DNA of 64,000 nucleotides from Trypanosoma brucei (Eukaryota): NCBI GenBank assembly GCA_000002445.1, contig CP000071.1, positions 1 to 64,000 of the forward strand, read 5' to 3'. Shown piece by piece: positions 61,126 to 64,000 of this stretch (position 1 is its first letter; each line of letters starts with the position of its first letter). The notes under the pieces were generated by a model. It saw only the letters and a program-made list of their open reading frames with translations, ran no database searches and was not told where the DNA came from. The position numbers and the translations under genes were made by a program.

Positions 61126-62742
61126 GGCAAACGGTAGATAGACAGCTAAAAGAGGCATTTAAAACAATAGAAAGGTGCAATAGGGGAGCGAGAGGAGGTA
61201 GGAATATTATTAAAGGAAGGGGAGGAAAAAGGAGATTATATATGCACAGTTTCCAACACAATTATGACTATGTGCGTTATTATACGTAAGCAGATTGTGA
61301 AGGCAACAGCGCGGCAAGCAAGAGTTCAGTGTACAGTAAAAATGAAGTCGCTAAAACTAACACAATGAATAGCTGGAGGAAATTTGTGCATGAGGGAAGC
61401 ACCGCTACTATGTTGTGAGAAGCTCTTTGACATGTCCATTATTTTGACTCAGAGCAATATAGTGGATATACCACAATGCATCGCAGATACTGCAGATGAT
61501 AAGGGCTGTAAGTGCCGGCTGTAATGTGCTTCTATTACCTGTATTAATATAAACGAAGAAGCGGCTGCAAAATGAGCCAATAATTATTGCACCAATGCTT
61601 TAAAAATGCTTAAAACAGCAAAAGGTTTGGAAATACCACTGAGAAGCGGAAACTTCGTTGAAAAAAAGAAGGAAAAGAAAAATTAATGCTTTTTTGATTA
61701 TAAGAAAAAGTATAAACATTAACACTTGGTGATACATTATACTCATGTAAATTTTTAAATTCATTAGATAAAAGAAAGTATTTCGTTGTTTCCTAGAATA
61801 GAGCATGCAAAGGTGAGAAAAGTGATCGCAACTAGTAGATTTAGTAGATTAAAAAAGATGACTTATTAGAGTTGGATTGACTCTATTCTAGATGGAAGGG
61901 GTAGGAAGGCACAGATATTCCACTAATATATTTCACCCCCAGAGTATTTTTTGTCTTTTTAATTTTAAAAGGGAGCAATAATAAAGAATCAAAATGGAGC
62001 TGAAACAAACCATTATAGAGTAGTTGGAAGAAAGTCGTTGTATTAAAAGTGTTTCTGCAACTGGGAAAATGGGAACGAGCTTGGATGTGCGACATGTAAC
62101 GAAACGAGAAGCAAGCCAAATACTAATGTAGGAAGCTAATTTGCTGAACAGTGTGGCAGCTGCTATAGCCCTTAACTTCGAAATAAAGTAAAGGAAGCCA
62201 GCGCAAATGGAAACCAATGTAGTCAACCTTACAAACCCGTAAGTGAGCGGAGTGGCTCGGGTAGCAAAGCTACTTGTGAACAGAGTAGTTCTGGTGGACG
62301 ACCTATTACTGTCACAAATGATTGGAGTGGTAATACGGTCACCGCGAGAAATTCTAATATATTAACAAGCGTCTGCAGCGCTATGCAAAAAGGGCCAGAT
62401 AATAATAGCTTTCTCGGAAAACTAAAGAAAGACATGTGGTAAGACGTGGCTCGTTTTGAAAGCAATTGCTGATTTACATGGGTGTATGACGCGGACAAGT
62501 GTTATATCCACCAAAACATACTCACAAAACCGGCTAAGAGCAAGACTTCTCATAGTGAGTGTTCATTGCAGCGTCCCTCTTTTGGCGGAAAGTACAGCCT
62601 AACACAATATATCAAACCCGCTACAATGCCATTGGAAGTTGAAACTCAAAGACCAGGAACAACCCTGCAGTTCTACAACCAAGGACACAAAGGAACACAG
62701 CCATTTCTAATTCTTCAAACTGTAAACAGAGAAATTTTTACA

Positions 62743-64000
62743 ATGTTTAGCACAGTACTTAGCTTAGAGTTTTTGGTACTGACAACAATGAAACAAACGG
62801 AGGCGGCGGCTGCAGCCTTTTTACAGGGGCGACAGGCAGAGTTCATCACAACCATGGAAAATTTAGTGTCGTCGACAGGCGCAAGCAGCGGCGGTTGCCT
62901 GCAGGCCACACAAGGGGGACCCAATGCCGTAAACGGCGCGGACAAGCTTCCAGACTGCGGCCTGGCAGAAAGAAACGACGCCACAATAGAAGAAGACCCC
63001 ACGAATTATGCTCTAACAAAGTTTTTTAGCCACCTTCCGACAGGAGCGATCGGAGATGCGACAGCCAACCCGGCAGGGAAATGCCTGCTAACCAGGATAG
63101 CAACAGCTTCGGGTTTATTGGGCGACCAAAACACAGCAACCGACATCGCAATGGCCGGAAATTTCATAATAAGCAAAAAGAACCCAGGTGGAGCAGAGGT
63201 CAAGACTACGCATAACAAACGCACAGGGGCGTTCACCTCAGACATCCCTCTTCGAACCCAAACGCGGCAAAAGATGATAACGTTCGACAGCCACAGATTT
63301 CTAACGGACAATAGCTCTGCACGGCCAACACTGGCAGAAGTAAAGGCCGAAAAGAGGGCCAAGGTTTACGCCAAACTATACCTCCAGAACAAACAAAATT
63401 ATTATGATGACAAAACAGACAGCAAAGGCTCCGAAGCTACCATCTGCGCATCCTACGGTAAAGGGACAGAAATTGATGCCGCCGAAACGTGGACAAAAAT
63501 AGAAAATGAAAACGTTGACAAAGAAGTGTACGTGGAAGGTACAACAGGCACCGAGCCGTTATCTAAAATAAAGGGCATTGAACATCTACTGAAAGTTTTA
63601 TAATACTACAACAAGAAGACGTTTAATGAACTAAACGAAAATATCAAAGACTTTGAGAAAAAAGGTAGAACCGGCAAAGACTTTCCAAAATCAACAGAAG
63701 AACTTTGCAATGCCAAAAACGACGACGCCAAAGTATGCAATGAAACAAAGGGGTGCCACTATGACGCTTCCAAAGCTGAAGGAAGAAAATGCACATTGAA
63801 GCCAGAAGTTAAAGCGCAACTACAAGAGACAAACCAAGAAAAAGGAGGAAATGATGGGAAAACTGAGGAAAAGTGTGCAAAACATGGAAGCGACAAAAAT
63901 ACTTGCGACAACGACAATAACTGCAAATGGGAAAATAATGCTTGCAAGGATTCCAGTTTTCTCCTCAATAAGAAATTTTCTCTGAGAATCGCTGCTGCTT
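62743..64000 (+). pseudogene. VSG (B-type-like), 3'-truncated by the window edge. In-frame TAA at 63601-63603, otherwise open through the C-terminal domain to the window end
   Basis: Probable start MFSTVLSLEFLVLTTMKQTEAAAAAF inside ORF 62482..63603. After the stop the same frame continues ...CNAKNDDAKVCNETKGCHYDASKAEGRKCTLK...CAKHGSDKNTCDNDNNCKWENNACKDSSFLLNKKFSLRIAAA. Confidence 0.8.

Overview
The window is eukaryotic, not prokaryotic. It has the features of a Trypanosoma brucei-group subtelomeric VSG (variant surface glycoprotein) array.

All VSG units run on the + strand (12 recognisable units plus three fragment loci). Each has a signal peptide, an A- or B-type N-terminal domain, a Cys-rich C-terminal domain and a GPI-signal tail (...SFVINKAPLWLAFLRF, ...CKDFSLLVNNK..., etc.). 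The conserved 3'UTR 16-mer TGATATATTTTAACAC follows the VSG units, and 70-bp repeats sit upstream of most units: a (TAA/TGA)n run followed by GTGTTGTGAGTGTGTATATACGAATATTATAATAAGAG.

Two VSGs are uninterrupted ORFs (7309-8886 and 24041-25522). The rest are pseudogenes with in-frame stops and/or frameshifts, or are fragments.

The array is interrupted by non-LTR retroposons. Two ingi copies lie in inverted orientation (about 12127-17275 on the - strand, 53497-58330 on the + strand). Both keep the Pr77 5' signature and the 2A-like DVEENPGP motif, and both have decayed ORFs. A divergent ingi-related element (DIRE-like; endonuclease/RT/RNaseH/C2H2 order) lies on the - strand at about 48455-53440, head-to-head with ingi copy 2. 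A roughly 500-bp RIME/SIDER-like retroposon sits in tandem with ingi copy 1.

The most unusual feature is a 620-bp interstitial (TTAGGG)n tract at 26186-26808, with higher-order variant repeats. It lies about 660 bp downstream of the intact VSG at 24041. Its flanks are paralogous to the region downstream of the VSG pseudogene at 18907, which retains only a vestige of the tract. The tract therefore sits inside a duplicated VSG-plus-flank module and looks like an internalised telomeric VSG end, not a chromosome end.

The window also contains:
- a GT67-type UDP-Gal/GlcNAc glycosyltransferase ORF that reads in frame into a VSG pseudogene;
- two copies of an unidentified ~800-bp coding-like fragment;
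- a (CA)n run where ingi copy 1 diverges from ingi copy 2;
- an unassigned strand-asymmetric region at 58340-60950.

All identifications are from reading the sequence. No searches were run.
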